Below, in pieces: positions 52,401 through 63,779 of a stretch of DNA of 64,000 nt (position 1 is its first letter; each line of letters begins with the position of its first letter). Made by a program: the position numbers and the translations under genes. The notes beneath the pieces are model-generated. The model worked only from the letters and a program-made list of their open reading frames with translations. It had not been told where the DNA came from and did no database searches. The DNA is from Eledone cirrhosa. Taxonomy: Eukaryota. The stretch covers positions 27,466,001 to 27,530,000 of the forward strand of contig OZ024755.1 in assembly GCA_964016885.1 (NCBI GenBank), written 5' to 3'.

Positions 52401-55400
52401 TTCTTTCTCTTTACCACATCAAATGAAGCTATTGACAATATGTAAAGTTTGTTGTTTAGCAGTAATATAATGTAAAAAGTAAGTAAATGTTAATAGAAAT
52501 TGTTTCTATCAGCAAGCCTTGGATAAATTTATTCCTTGTCTGTATATTACATTTGTTACTGTATTTTCAGGTTTGCCTATGTTGAGTTTGATAGTGCTGA
52601 TGATGTAAAAGATGCTGTTGAAAATAAACAGGGAGTTGAGTGTGGGGACAGAAAATTGTACTTGGACTATGCAGGTGGTACACAGCAAAGAAGAGGCTAT
52701 AGAGATGGTATTTTCACTTTGTTTTTCCTTTGACTTGAAATTGATAACTTAGCATTGTATATTTAACAAACAATATCGGTGGTAAAATGGCAGTGCCCTA
52801 GCATGGCCTCAGATTGTCGGCTGGTACATGTGATAGAATAATATTTTAGCTCAATATTTTGCCGGTTGTAATCAGTATAAGCAGCTGATTACAGCCAGAT
52901 TAAACAGAAAGTGGTGAGAGAATTCTGGCTGGATACGTCTGGTTTAAATACTAAAGGGTTAAAACATTTTGAATATTAAAACTTTGTAAATATATTCTCA
53001 ACTCATGAGAATTTCAAAACTGCACCATCTAAAAATAATGTGCTGATTACCTACTCCGGCTTATAAACTGGGTTTGGGTTTTTGCCTATTTCTCAGACAT
53101 AAAATAGGGAGTTTACTTATATCTAAGTATAGACTGTACATCGTTTTGCACGTTTTAATAATGTGGAGTTTTTTGTAATTTTTTTTTCTCTCTTTTTCAA
53201 TTCCAGAGGAATCAAATGTGCTGTTATTGAGAAATCTATCATATGATTCAACAGAGGATTCTTTGCGATCATATTTCAAAGATGCTACTGCTGTACGATT
53301 ACCAATATTTTTAGATTCAGGAAAACCAAAAGGGTGTGTAAAATAACTACATTGTACTTCATTGTTTGTCGTGTGTATTGAACTTGATGACTGATTTAAC
53401 CTTTTAGCATTTACATTACTCTATATATGCTACAGGTAAAATTCTGTTATAACTAATTTTTTGGACGAACATTTTTTCAATCCCCAGCCACACGCTCAAT
53501 GTGTTGGGTCGATCTTGTTATAAAGAATTTTTTATGGCCCCTGAATTCGTTATAATGGAATTTTACTGTATTATGACGGCTTTACTTCATGTAATTATCT
53601 CACATAATATCGAATCTATGAGATTTTGATATTATCTATTTTGAAAACAATACTTTAACATATGAGCGGCCATTTAAAGTCGGTTTGAACAGAATGAGGT
53701 GACCGGGTTCTGGCCAGATGACTGGTTTAAATGCTAAAGGGTTGATGTATATGTTCTTTTGATGTTGATTATGTTGGGGTTTTTTTTAATGAGATTTTTT
53801 TTTTCTTTCCCCTTTCTAATTTTAGTATTGCTTTTGTGGAGTTTGAGTCTGTATCAAAAGCCAGAAGTGCTTTGGGAAAATACTATGGCACTAGTATTGA
53901 TGGTAGAACTGTGACTTGTTGTTTTGCCAGAAACAGAGGTGATGGTGATGGAAGAAGTCGAGGTACAGTAGTTTTGATTTATCTTGTTTTGTTTACTATT
54001 TCATTATCATGTTTCTCATGAGATAAATTGTACAGTGTACCCCTGGCATTCGCAGAATTTTCCTTAGAATCTAACTAATAATTGTTTATGCGGAATCGTT
54101 AATATCTTCCGCAATTTTTTGTGGCAATATATTTTTTTTTTTTTACACTAAATTAATGACAATATACTGTGTTTGCTAGCCTATATTTTATGTTATGTTT
54201 TGACGTTTATAGGCATTTATATGGACCACGTCCAATATTTGTGGCTTTTCACTCTTCACGGATGCTCTGTGAACATAACTCCTGCAAATACTGGGGGACA
54301 ACTGTATTTGAATTAATTAATAAAGAATTTCATTATTACAATTGTATACAAATTGATTTAACAAAAGGTTTTGATATCATGTTATGTTGGAAGAGCTTAA
54401 TTAGAATAGGGACCTTTTAAAAATAGTAGCCAGTTTTGTGGGTTGGTATCAGAAGAGTTAATGTAGATTGTGACAGATCTGGCAAGAAGTAATATACTGA
54501 TTATGTATGGTATCACTTTGAAATTGTTTAATCCTATAACATTTACATTACGTCTAACCCATGCTACCGTGGAAGAATGGACGTAAAAGTGATGATGATG
54601 ATTATTATTCTATATTTACAATTGTATTTTCATGGTAAGGGCTTTATCTCACGTAATATAGAATCTGAGATTTTGAGAACAATACCTTAACGTCGGTATG
54701 AGTGTCTAGTTACAACCAGTTTGAACAGAATGAGGTGAATGATTTCTGGCTGATTTAAATACTAAAGGGTTAGATATAGGCTTGCATCCCATATTTCCCT
54801 AATTTTGACAAACAAAAAGTTGAAAGAAAAATAATAATCAACCTTCGGCCTCCAAGACGCATGGTAGATTGTTAAGGCTTATTTTAGGGAAAAAATAGCG
54901 TTTTTGACGCCGGGAAATGCATTAATTCCAATGTAGTTATAAGTGGTTATTTTTGTAAAACATGGTGTTTATTTTCATACAGCTAAATTTGTCATTATAA
55001 CTTCATTGTGCAGCTATTTTTGTCTTTATGGAAGCTATGGTACCATGATTTTCTGAGTTTTCATTTTGATTTGTTTGCAGGTTATGGTGGAAGACGTAGC
55101 GGTGGTTATAGTGGACGTGATGGTGGATATAGTGGACGCAGTGGTGGTGGTTACAGTGGACGTAGCGGTGGCTATGGTGGTGGTGGTGGTGGATATGGCA
55201 GTGGTGGTGGTGGTGGTGGATATGGCAGTAGTGGTGGTGGTGGTGGTGGCAGACGCAGTGGAGGTTACGGCAGTGGCGGAGGCTACGGTGGTGGTGGATA
55301 CAGTAGCAGCGGAGGTTATGGTGGTAGTGGTGGTGGTGGATACGGCGGCAGTGGAGGATATGGTGGTGGTGGTGGTGGATACGGCAGCAGTGGTGGTGGT

Positions 55401-55780
55401 GGTGGCTACAGTAGTAGTAGTTACAGTGGTGGTGGTGGTGGTAGTTACAGCAGTGGTGGTGGTGGTGGTGGTTATGGCGGTGGCGGAGGTTACAGTGGTG
55501 GTGGTGGAAGCTATGGCAGTGGCGGTGGTGGCTACGGTGGCAGTGGAGGATATGGTGGCAGCAGAAGTTACAGTGGTGGCGGAGGTTATGGTGGTGGACG
55601 AAGCAGTTTTGGTGTGTAAACCATTTTTTTCTTTTCTTTCCTTCCTTTGATGTTGAAGTTTGATATATGTAGTGAAATTTTGTTTCATTTTCTGGTTTTG
55701 ATATGTCTAAACAATTATATATATATTTTATGTCTTTTAAAGGAACGGGTAAGAAAAGGACTTATAGTGATAGCGACTGA
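37466..55780 (+). CDS. NCL: Nucleolin-like RNA-binding protein, 14 coding exons, about 590 aa (gene span)
   Basis: Hand-spliced exons 37466-37486, 40532-40603, 44466-44523, 45714-45881, 46000-46044, 46819-46860, 50678-50795, 50891-51036, 52221-52353, 52571-52707, 53207-53333, 53826-53962, 55081-55611, 55743-55780 total 1773 nt, are all GT-AG and give one open frame. Acidic/Ser N-terminus, KKRKK, three RRMs, Gly-rich tail and GKKRTYSDSD end match nucleolin/Nsr1 architecture. Confidence 0.85.
40532..40603 (+). CDS. NCL: Nucleolin-like exon 2 (TPKKSAEPEESKEGSSSESEEMEV)
   Basis: Acceptor atag|, donor |gtaagt; TPKK resembles the CDK-site motifs of nucleolin. Confidence 0.8.
41403..41558. mobile_element. 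piggyBac-type MITE (representative copy)
   Basis: TTAA|CCCTTTAGCATTT ... AAATGCCAAAGGG|TTAA; ten or more related copies between 51700 and 60900. Confidence 0.8.
42030..43090 (-). mobile_element. Highly degenerate LINE 3' half with (TGA)n tail
   Basis: Remnant RT C-terminal peptides and (TGA)n tail on the minus strand near 42080. Confidence 0.45.
44466..44523 (+). CDS. NCL: Nucleolin-like exon 3 (EAPAAMKAKQMSNQSKDSP)
   Basis: tttttag| acceptor, |gtaagg donor; bridges phase 0 to phase 1 as required. Confidence 0.75.
45714..45881 (+). CDS. NCL: Nucleolin-like exon 4, acidic tract
   Basis: cacag| and |gtatgt; SKNEEESGDNEADEKESQEDEESDSNEGEEEE... Confidence 0.85.
46000..46044 (+). CDS. NCL: Nucleolin-like exon 5 (ESEDSPKSKANGKSN)
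   Basis: cttcttcag| and |gtgagt, phase 1/1. Confidence 0.8.
46597..46797. repeat. 27-bp minisatellite, about 7 copies, abutting the exon 6 acceptor
   Basis: tatctgtaaaatggatgtttggcagtg units. Confidence 0.9.
46819..46860 (+). CDS. NCL: Nucleolin-like exon 6 (GANDAKKRKKEEDE), putative NLS
   Basis: Polypyrimidine tract plus ccag|, |gtaaga, phase 1/1. Confidence 0.85.
46967..47995 (+). mobile_element. Internally deleted piggyBac element with PGBD-type transposase remnant
   Basis: TTAA|CCTTTTAG ... CTAAAGGG|TTAA; LDYLFLFLPQTFFEVMAEEINRYAQQ...EMQAFFTVNIIFGI. Confidence 0.8.
48137..48550. repeat. 48-bp minisatellite, about 8 copies
   Basis: aacaatattctgtgtgtctgtatgaatgcctacatggttatgaggtgt. Confidence 0.95.
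48690..49640 (+). mobile_element. Degenerate RTE RT and 3' end in intron 6
   Basis: YFVDFEKAYNRIP, LEFAEDVVL, KFKYL. Confidence 0.8.
50678..50795 (+). CDS. NCL: Nucleolin-like exon 7, RRM1 first half
   Basis: T-run cag|, |gtgagt; PVTVLCRNVPLEVTTEKFEKFLKKQGIEFVSVRKRDNK. Confidence 0.85.
50891..51036 (+). CDS. NCL: Nucleolin-like exon 8, RRM1 second half
   Basis: ttttctag|, |gtatgt; FAHIDLANPDDLDTVLAMTNIEFKGSILTFEKG. Confidence 0.85.
52221..52353 (+). CDS. NCL: Nucleolin-like exon 9, RRM2 first half
   Basis: ctctcag|, |gtaggt; RNP2 LFVKNL. Confidence 0.9.
52571..52707 (+). CDS. NCL: Nucleolin-like exon 10, RRM2 second half
   Basis: ttttcag|, |gtattt; completes RNP1 RGFAYVEF. Confidence 0.9.
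53207..53333 (+). CDS. NCL: Nucleolin-like exon 11, RRM3 first half
   Basis: ttccag|, |gtgtgt; LLLRNLSYDSTEDSLRSYFKDATAVRLPIFLDSGKPKG. Confidence 0.9.
53433..53568. mobile_element. Tc1/pogo-type MITE nested in a piggyBac MITE
   Basis: TA|CAGGTAAAATTCTGTTATAA ... TTATAATGGAATTTTACTG|TA. Confidence 0.6.
53826..53962 (+). CDS. NCL: Nucleolin-like exon 12, RRM3 second half
   Basis: ttttag|, |gtacag; completes RNP1 KGIAFVEF. Confidence 0.9.
55081..55611 (+). CDS. NCL: Nucleolin-like exon 13, Gly/Ser/Tyr-rich low-complexity domain
   Basis: tttgcag| acceptor in the right phase; 177 codons of GGY/GYG/SYS repeats with varied synonymous codons. Confidence 0.85.
55743..55780 (+). CDS. NCL: Nucleolin-like exon 14 (GTGKKRTYSDSD*)
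   Basis: ttttaaag| acceptor; resembles the GKKxxF/Y-acidic C-terminus of nucleolin/Nsr1. Confidence 0.75.
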
Positions 55781-56196
55781 TGAGATTTATCTTGGATGAG
55801 ACAGCTGTGGCTTCCGTAGATATTGGGTGATAGCTGATCGTGTCATCTTGTTTTACGCATTCAATCACAAACTCATCCAATGACTACAGAAGAGTCACTT
55901 TTTATTCCGTTCTTAACATATGTGGTTTCACTTGTATATAGCCATGAATTTTTTCTCACCACTGATATTGTATGTAAACTTACTCTGATTAAAATGTCAA
56001 AATACTTATCATTTTGTTTTGTCTGAAATGCTTCTAATGTTTTATTAAGAAAGTACAAATCTTTGTTAACCATTTGCCTGGGACTCATGCTACTAAAATA
56101 TTTATGTCACATATCATCTAATACTTGATGGCACCTACACTTGCCTGCTTCAACGCATTCAGAACATAAGCTGACGATGTCTGACTTTGAAAGAAA

Positions 56197-56613
56197 TATA
56201 TGCCAGCCTCCCATGCATATCTGTCGTTGTACGTAAAAGGGGAGTAAGATTTGCTTGCCACCTATGAGGCTGTGTCTCCATTAGTGCTTTGGAAACCACA
56301 AGCAGTCAATAATAACAAGGGGCACAAGCTCTTCTATATGCCAGCCTCCCATGCATATCTGTCGTTGTACGTAAAAGGGGAGTAAGATTTGCTTGCCACC
56401 TATGAGGCTGTGTCTCCATTAGTGCTTTGGAAACCACAAGCAGTCACTAATAACAAGGGGCACAAGCTCTTCTATATGCCAGCCTCCCATGCATATCTGT
56501 CGTTGTACGTAAAAGGGGAGTAAGATTTGCTTGCCACCTATGAGGCTGTGTCTCCATTAGTGCTTTGGAAACCACAAGCAGTCACTAATAACAAGGGGCA
56601 CAAGCTCTTCTAT
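56197..56613. repeat. 138-bp unit, 3 near-identical tandem copies
   Basis: Units start at 56197, 56335 and 56473. Confidence 0.95.
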
Positions 56614-56741
56614 CCCAATGTCATCTTTAGAGATTCTGGTATTGAAATCCAGGATTTGGCAATGGCAATAAATGACAGACCATGTGGAGATCAATTGTTG
56701 AGTTGATTTCGGCTGAGGCCACAGGATGATGATGAATACTT

Positions 56742-57010
56742 GGAAGCACGTGGCCTAGTAGTAAGGGTGTTGGACTTACGACCATAACGTTGTGGGTTCA
56801 ATCCCTGGACTGTGTTGTGTTGTGTTCTTGAGCAAAACACTTCATTTCATGTTGCTTCAGTATACTCAACTAAAAATGAGTACCAGCAATAGCTGGGAGT
56901 TTAACCCTGCGATGGACTGGAGTCTTGTACTCTGTCACTTAACGCCATGGAAACCGGGATAAGCACTGGACTGGCCTAATGAGCCTCTGGGCTTGAGGCA
57001 GACTTTAGAC
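56742..57010 (+). mobile_element. tRNA-derived SINE with CORE-like domain
   Basis: A box TGGCCTAGTAG, B box GGTTCAATCC, then gtgttcttgagcaaaacacttca; relatives at 45140-45275 (-), 61120-61265 (-), 61995-62170 (+). Confidence 0.7.
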
Positions 57011-57914
57011 TTAGAGATCAGCTAATACATCATATGCCTGTGAGCCTCACGAGTTGGAATGGCTCCTCCACTGCATCTTCCGTGGAAACGCCTTCTCCAT
57101 TCTGTCTGCTGGGGCTGTGGGGAGGCCAGCACGTGGGACCCCATTTGCTCACCATATGGAGGCAATGACAGTGGGAGTTAGGGTTAGGGTTGTTGGCTCT
57201 TTCACGTTTGGACCATATCCTTGTGGTTGTGTTCATCAAGCCCTAGTGCAGTAATGGGGGTCAAGTTAATTCTAGCTGGTCGTTTAAGTAATTGTCCCTG
57301 CATGCCGTAAAAGGTGTCAAGAAGAGCGACCAGCCGTAAGACAATGCCAGCATGGGGAAGTGGATGTAAAAACGATGATAATGTCTACTAACAGTCGAGT
57401 GGTGATGACCTCTAGGAATTGTAATATCTCATAAGCAGCAAATTAGTAGTCATGGCTAAACTGTGGCCTGTTTGGCTTTCTGAATAGTACGCCTAATTTC
57501 ACCATTGCCTTAAATTTTTTTGTCGCAGTGCCGCCTGCCTTCTATATCCTATGCGGTCCATCTCTGCATTAGATTAAGACAATATACTTTGATATATGTT
57601 CTAGGTCTCTGGATTTTAAGTTCAGATCAGATCTTGTCGTAGTCAACTTTTTCATTTTTTGGCTGAGTTGATTTTAACAAATTACCAAGAGAGTAGACTG
57701 GTGGAATTGTTCTGGCTCTTAAACCCTTTTGAAATCAAATTGGTTGAAACCACACCTGGTTCTATGGTTAAAAGCTTTTAAAGTGTTTGTAAGAACCTTT
57801 TAGCATTTAAACCAGCCATATCCAGCCAGAATTCCCTCACCTCTTTCTGTTCAAACTGGCTCTAACCGGCCACTCGTACTGATATTAAGTATTATTCTCT
57901 TAATCCTAACTCCA

Positions 57915-59160
57915 GCTGCTGTGATCAACATATCGAGTTTGTTGAAGACATCACTGATGGCGGCTCATAGGTGGATGTTGTTTACTTTGACTTTGCTAAA
58001 GCTTTCAATTCTGTGCCACACAAAAGACTTATGGCAAAACTCTCTGCAATGGGTCTGAAGGATGATCTTTTTAACTGGTTGAAGTCCTTCATTCTCAGTT
58101 GAAGAGAGGTAGTCACGGTTCTAGGACAGCATTCCTCACCATATGAGATGTCATCTGGTGTACCACAGGGATCTGTTCTTGGCCCCCGTTTGTTTGTGGC
58201 ATATATTAATGACATAATTGCCAACTTAAAGAATGCCACAGTACTGAAATATGCAGATGACATCAAGCTGTACCTTGAGATAAAAAGGACAGATCCTGAA
58301 CACGATAGATCTTGCCTGCAGTCTGACCTGGACACAATGCAATAATGGATCACAGACTGGCAACTCAAGCTGGCTGTGGACAAGTGTACCACCATGCATT
58401 TTGGAGTAAAATCCCAGCGTCCACAACACTAATATCAAGTAGTCTTCTTGTTAACGTGACTTGGGCACTACAGTCTGCATGATTTGTGTTGGACAAAGCA
58501 CGTCTCTAAAATTGTCAAGAAGGCCAAGGGTGTCTTAGCATCACACAGCTACACCTCCATCTATCTATTTAAAGCTGTATATAGCTATGGTGCAGCCACA
58601 CTTAGAATTTGCATCACTCAGAACATTGACCTCCTGGAAACTGTTCAGACGTGCAACCAAGCAAATACCCTCCATCTGGCATCTACCATACTCTGAATGC
58701 CTTGCTTCCTTGGGCATGGATTCATTGAAGCTCTGACGTCTGACAACTGACTTGGTAAACACCTACAAAATTATTAACCAGCTTGCCAACAACCCTGAGT
58801 ACCTTTTTGATTTCCATGTGTCTAACACACGTGGGCATGCCCACAAAGTCAGAAGAAAACAGCACAGCTCCCATGACTTTTGGAAACATTTTTTCATGCA
58901 CAGTGTTGCTGAAGCATGGAACAAACTACCTGCATCAGTTGTGAGCTGTCGAGACACTGCATCCTTTAAAACCTCCATGCTTCCTGAGATTCGCCAACAC
59001 TGCACCTAATATTCCCCCTCCATACACACGCACACATGTATATCATGACTCATACACTGTTCACTTTCCTGACATTTGTACATTATTCTATGTACTATAC
59101 ATGCACCTTTGACTAGTTATAGTGTACCTGAGCACTGTACACAATTTCATTACTATTATA
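57915..59160 (+). mobile_element. CR1-clade LINE, 5'-truncated and degenerate
   Basis: VDVVYFDFAKAFNSVPH, SGVPQGSVLGP, YADDIKLY, LQSDLD, TRGH, AWNKLP. Confidence 0.9.
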
Positions 59161-62100
59161 AATATGAAAATTGCATAGATTCAATATTATGTGAGATAAG
59201 GCCTTTACCACAAAAACAATAGTTAATATGGGTTAAAGTGTTTGTAAGAACCTTTATTATATTGTTCCAAACATCAACTTCATGAGAAAGTTATGTTACT
59301 ATGGGCACATGACCAAATGGTTAGGATGTCTGACTTCTGATCATAAAATGTTGATTCCTGGATAAAGCAGCATGTATTCTTGAACAAGACATCTCATTCA
59401 TGACTGGGGTTCTTAACCCTTTAACATTTAAACCGGCCAGAAATCTCTCACTTCTTTCTGTTTATACTGATGTTAAGGTAATGTTCTCAAACTAAATAAT
59501 ATCAAAATCTCATAGATTCAGTATTATGTGTGGTAAAGCCTTTACTATGAAAATACAATAGTAAATATAGAATAATGTAAATGCTAAGGGGTCAATATTA
59601 AAACATGAGATGCAACCATGTAAAAGGCCTGCTAAACTTTCATGTATGTGAGCAATGAATTTTTTTTTAATCACTTCAAATTCTTCATTTATTTTCAAAC
59701 TTACAGGCAGTGTGCTTCATTAGAAATGTAGTACTGAAATGGTTAATCCATCCATCATGGGTGAATTAATATACGACACAATTTAATTTATATCAGCATG
59801 TATGGGAACTTATCTGGGTTAAGATAAACAATTTGTGGTGAGAGAATTCTGGCTGGATATGGCTGGTTTAACCCTTTAGCATTTAAACCAGCCATTTCCG
59901 GCCAGAATTCTCTCACCCCTTTCTGTTCAAACCAGCTGTAACCAGATATTCATACTGATGTTAAGGTATGGTTTTCAAAATAGATATCAAAATCTCATAG
60001 ATTCAATATTATATCAGATAAAGCTTTTACAGCAAAAATACAATAGTAAATATAGAGTAATGTAAGGCTAGCATTTTTAGATTGGTAGAACATCAGACAT
60101 GCTTTACATTCTTAACACTTAAGCATTTAAAGTGGCCAGAATTCTCTCACTTCATTCTGTTCAAACTGGCTGTAACTGACTGCTCATATTTATGTTAAGG
60201 TATTGTTCTCAAAATAAATGTCAAAGTTTATTAAATCAAATAAACTTTAAATTTTATTTAATACATAGGGGTAAAAAATTTGAAAAGATGGTCAGTGATT
60301 CTACCTATTATCGATTCACAAAGCTTCATTAGTGGGATGAATTGGTCAGTGTCTAATGCAGAGGATGGGACATAGGTTAAGTGTTCAGTACTGTCAGCAG
60401 TTTTCTGTACAAACATTTTTGCATAAGATATACTTTGTGACTTAACCCTCCCTTTAGCATTTACATTACTCTATATTTACTATTGTATTTTCGTGGTAAA
60501 CACTTTATCTCACATCACATTGAATCTATGAGACTTTGATATTATTTATTTTGAGAACAATACCTTAACATAAGTATGAGCAGTCAGTTACAGCCAGTTT
60601 GAACAGAATGAAGTGAGAATTCTGGCCAGTTTAAATGCTTAAGTGTTAATAATGTAAAGAATGTCTGATGTTCTACCAATCTAGAAATGCTAGCCTTACA
60701 TTAATCCTTTAGCATTTAAACTGGCCATATCCAACCAGAATTCTCTCACCTCTTTCTGTTCAAACCGGCCACTCACTCATACTGATGTTGAGGTATTCTT
60801 CTCAGAATAAATATCAAAATCTCAAATTCGATATTATGAGATAATTTATGTACCATGAAAATACAATAGAGTAATGTAAATGCCAAATGGTTAAACATGG
60901 TATATTCAAAATAACATTTATCATTTCATCATCATTTCATTTTACGTCCGCTTTTTCCTTGCTTGCAAGGGTGGGACGGGAACTGATTCTGGCTTGATTT
61001 CTACAGCTGGATGCCCTTCCTAACACCAACCTCATTTACAGTGAGTGCTGGGTGCTTTTTTTGCCGTGGCACCTACACGACCACTTTGCAGTGGAATGAC
61101 ATGGACCCTAGTCCTATCATCTCATTTCTACAGCTGAGTAAACTGGAGCAATGTGAAATAAAATGTCTTGCTCAAGGAAACAACACATCACCCGGTCTGA
61201 GAATTGAACTCACAACCTTTCGATTGCAAGGCCAATGCTCTAACCACCAAGCCATGTGCCTCCACTTGTAAATAGTAAATTTAATATCATAAGTGATGTT
61301 GCATGGAACCAGCTCTTTATGATTGGTAGTGTCATTGTTAATGATAATGCTGTACTGACTACGATTGTTAGTATTAGTACTATTAGTACAAATATTCTTC
61401 TTCTCATTGCTGTTTGTTAACAAAGTAGCAATGTAGTGAAAGAAGCTCTGGACTTTGATTGTAATATTAAAAATTATAAAAAGGTCAAAATATTGCATGA
61501 AGCTATCACATCAGATTTGAATCATGTTGAGGTCACGTCTGAGAAAATAGAATGGTGAAAAATGTAGAATAATATAAACAAATTTTTTTCTTCAAATATA
61601 TTTTTTTGATTGATATTAGTTTTTGACTAATCAGCCTGAGTGGCAAAACAATGCATAGAAACTAGGGTAAGCAAATTATAAGTGAAATAAACAGTAGTAT
61701 CTGTTGGTATGGCCATGTGATGCATGGTGACTGCAGGATGAAGAAGTACCAAGTAATCCCAGTAGAAGGAAGACCATGGGCAGAGGTGGTGAGAGCTGAC
61801 CTCTAATTGCTGAAGCTCACAATAAATGGAGAGATGATGTACTGAAAAGGACCCGTCTCACCTTTGCAAGCAGAGAAAAGCAAATGTAAAATGATGATGA
61901 TGATGAGGATGGATAGTTTGGGTTGAGAGTTTTCCTATGGCAAGACACCTTTGTTGATGTCATCCCATCTTATTTTTAAGTATGTATGTACAGCTGCATG
62001 GCTTGCAATTGGGAGGTTGTGAGTTCAATTCTCAGACTGGGTGATGTATTGTGTCCTTGAGTAAGACATTATTTCACGCTGCTCTAGTTTACTCAGCTGT

Positions 62101-63726
62101 AGAAATAAGTTGCAACATCACTGGTGTCAAGTTGTATCAGCCATTACCTTTCCCTTGGACAACATCGGTAGTGTAGAGAAGTTGCCACTGAGAAAATATT
62201 ACTATGAATGTGGTAACAATTATATACCCAGTTACCAAAAGCATATAAATTGGTGGGGTATGTGGTCAGAATGTCTTGGGGGGGGGGGGGGGGGGGGAGA
62301 ATCGCTGGACAGATTTTACAGGCAAAACTAACTGGTAGAAGACTCTGAGCTTGGCTGGTCTCACTTGGATCAGAGATGGTTGCTTCTGACAGAAACCACT
62401 GGATGGAGTGTTTGAGGACTGCCCCTACACAACCCTTAAAAATAAATGAGCAAAGGTATCTATTTGTAGACTGAATAAAGAGTTAGGATTTGGTTAGTGA
62501 TATTTTTTTAATTTGTTAAGTTATACAAGTATAATCAATATGAATCTGCAATAAACAATGCCCATCATGTCAATTGTTTGGTAGAGATATATTATTTATT
62601 TTGCTGGCGAGGCCTAGCAGGTAATATGCTTCAATTGCAGTAATTTCATAAGACAGGTTGGTCCATGACCTGCAATCTACTTCAGAGAAATTTCAATACT
62701 TTCATTACTATAGTTCAAGATGGTATTTGTTAACATAAAAAGATCCTTAGGAGTAAATTTAAAGAAGAAATCCTTCAAGGTATAGTAGCTTTGGATTCAT
62801 CTTGTTTAGTTTACCATGTTTCTCATGAAATAAATTGTACAGTGTATCACTGGCATTCACCGAATCGTCAATATCTTCAGCAATTTTTTTAATGGCTAAT
62901 TTTGTTTGTGGCAATATATATTTTTTAACGCTAAATTATTAACAATAATATGCTGTATTTGCCAGCCTATATTTTACGTTGTTTTGACATTTATAGGCAT
63001 TTTTATGCTTCAGTTGCAGTAATTTCATAAGATATAGGTTGGTCCATGACCTAGTCTACTTCAGAGAAATTCCAACTTTCATTACCATATTTCTAATCAA
63101 ATACATTTTGAAGGATTCACTAACTAAATTCAAGATGGTATTTGTCAACATAAAAAGATCCTTACAAGGTAAATTTAAACAAGAAATCCTTAAAATGGGC
63201 AGCTGTTTCAAAACACCAGAACCAATTTTGGACGAGTTGGTATTTAAAGGGTAAAGAATGCACTGCCTTAATTACCAAGGGACAAAAAGAACATTTTCAA
63301 TTTGAGTCTGAATATGCAAGGGCAGTTTAAGTGCTGGATTCACAGGTGAGTGTCTAGATAGAAAAACATAAATAAAATTAATTTATATTACTATATTTAT
63401 GTACTATTTGATATTTTATATTATCTCTGCCTCCACCAGTCCCTCAAACCCCAGCACCCTTCTGGTCTAGATGTACATTACATATATATGTAGTGGCAAA
63501 AAGCACCTAGTCCACACTGAATGTAGTTAACATTAGGAGGGCTATCCAGCCATAGGTTCTGTATGCGAAAGACATGGTCAGATGACCTGAATTCACTGTG
63601 GATAATGGATGTTAGTGATTATATATATACAGAGGTAGAACACTGGAAGGTAATATCCGTAGTGGTGGAGCACTCAGTCCATGGGACGAGTTAGGTAGAA
63701 GTGGTAACACAACAGCTAGTTCACCA

Positions 63727-63779
63727 TACCGAGAACAATTGTTTCACCTGAGCGGATCTTCAGTACGAGCTGAAGATCC
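63727..63779 (-). ncRNA. Minimal hammerhead-like motif with rearranged stem I
   Basis: Minus strand: CTGAAGA TCC-gctca-GGT GAAA CAATTG TT CTCGGTA; palindromic CAATTG at stem III. Confidence 0.45.
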
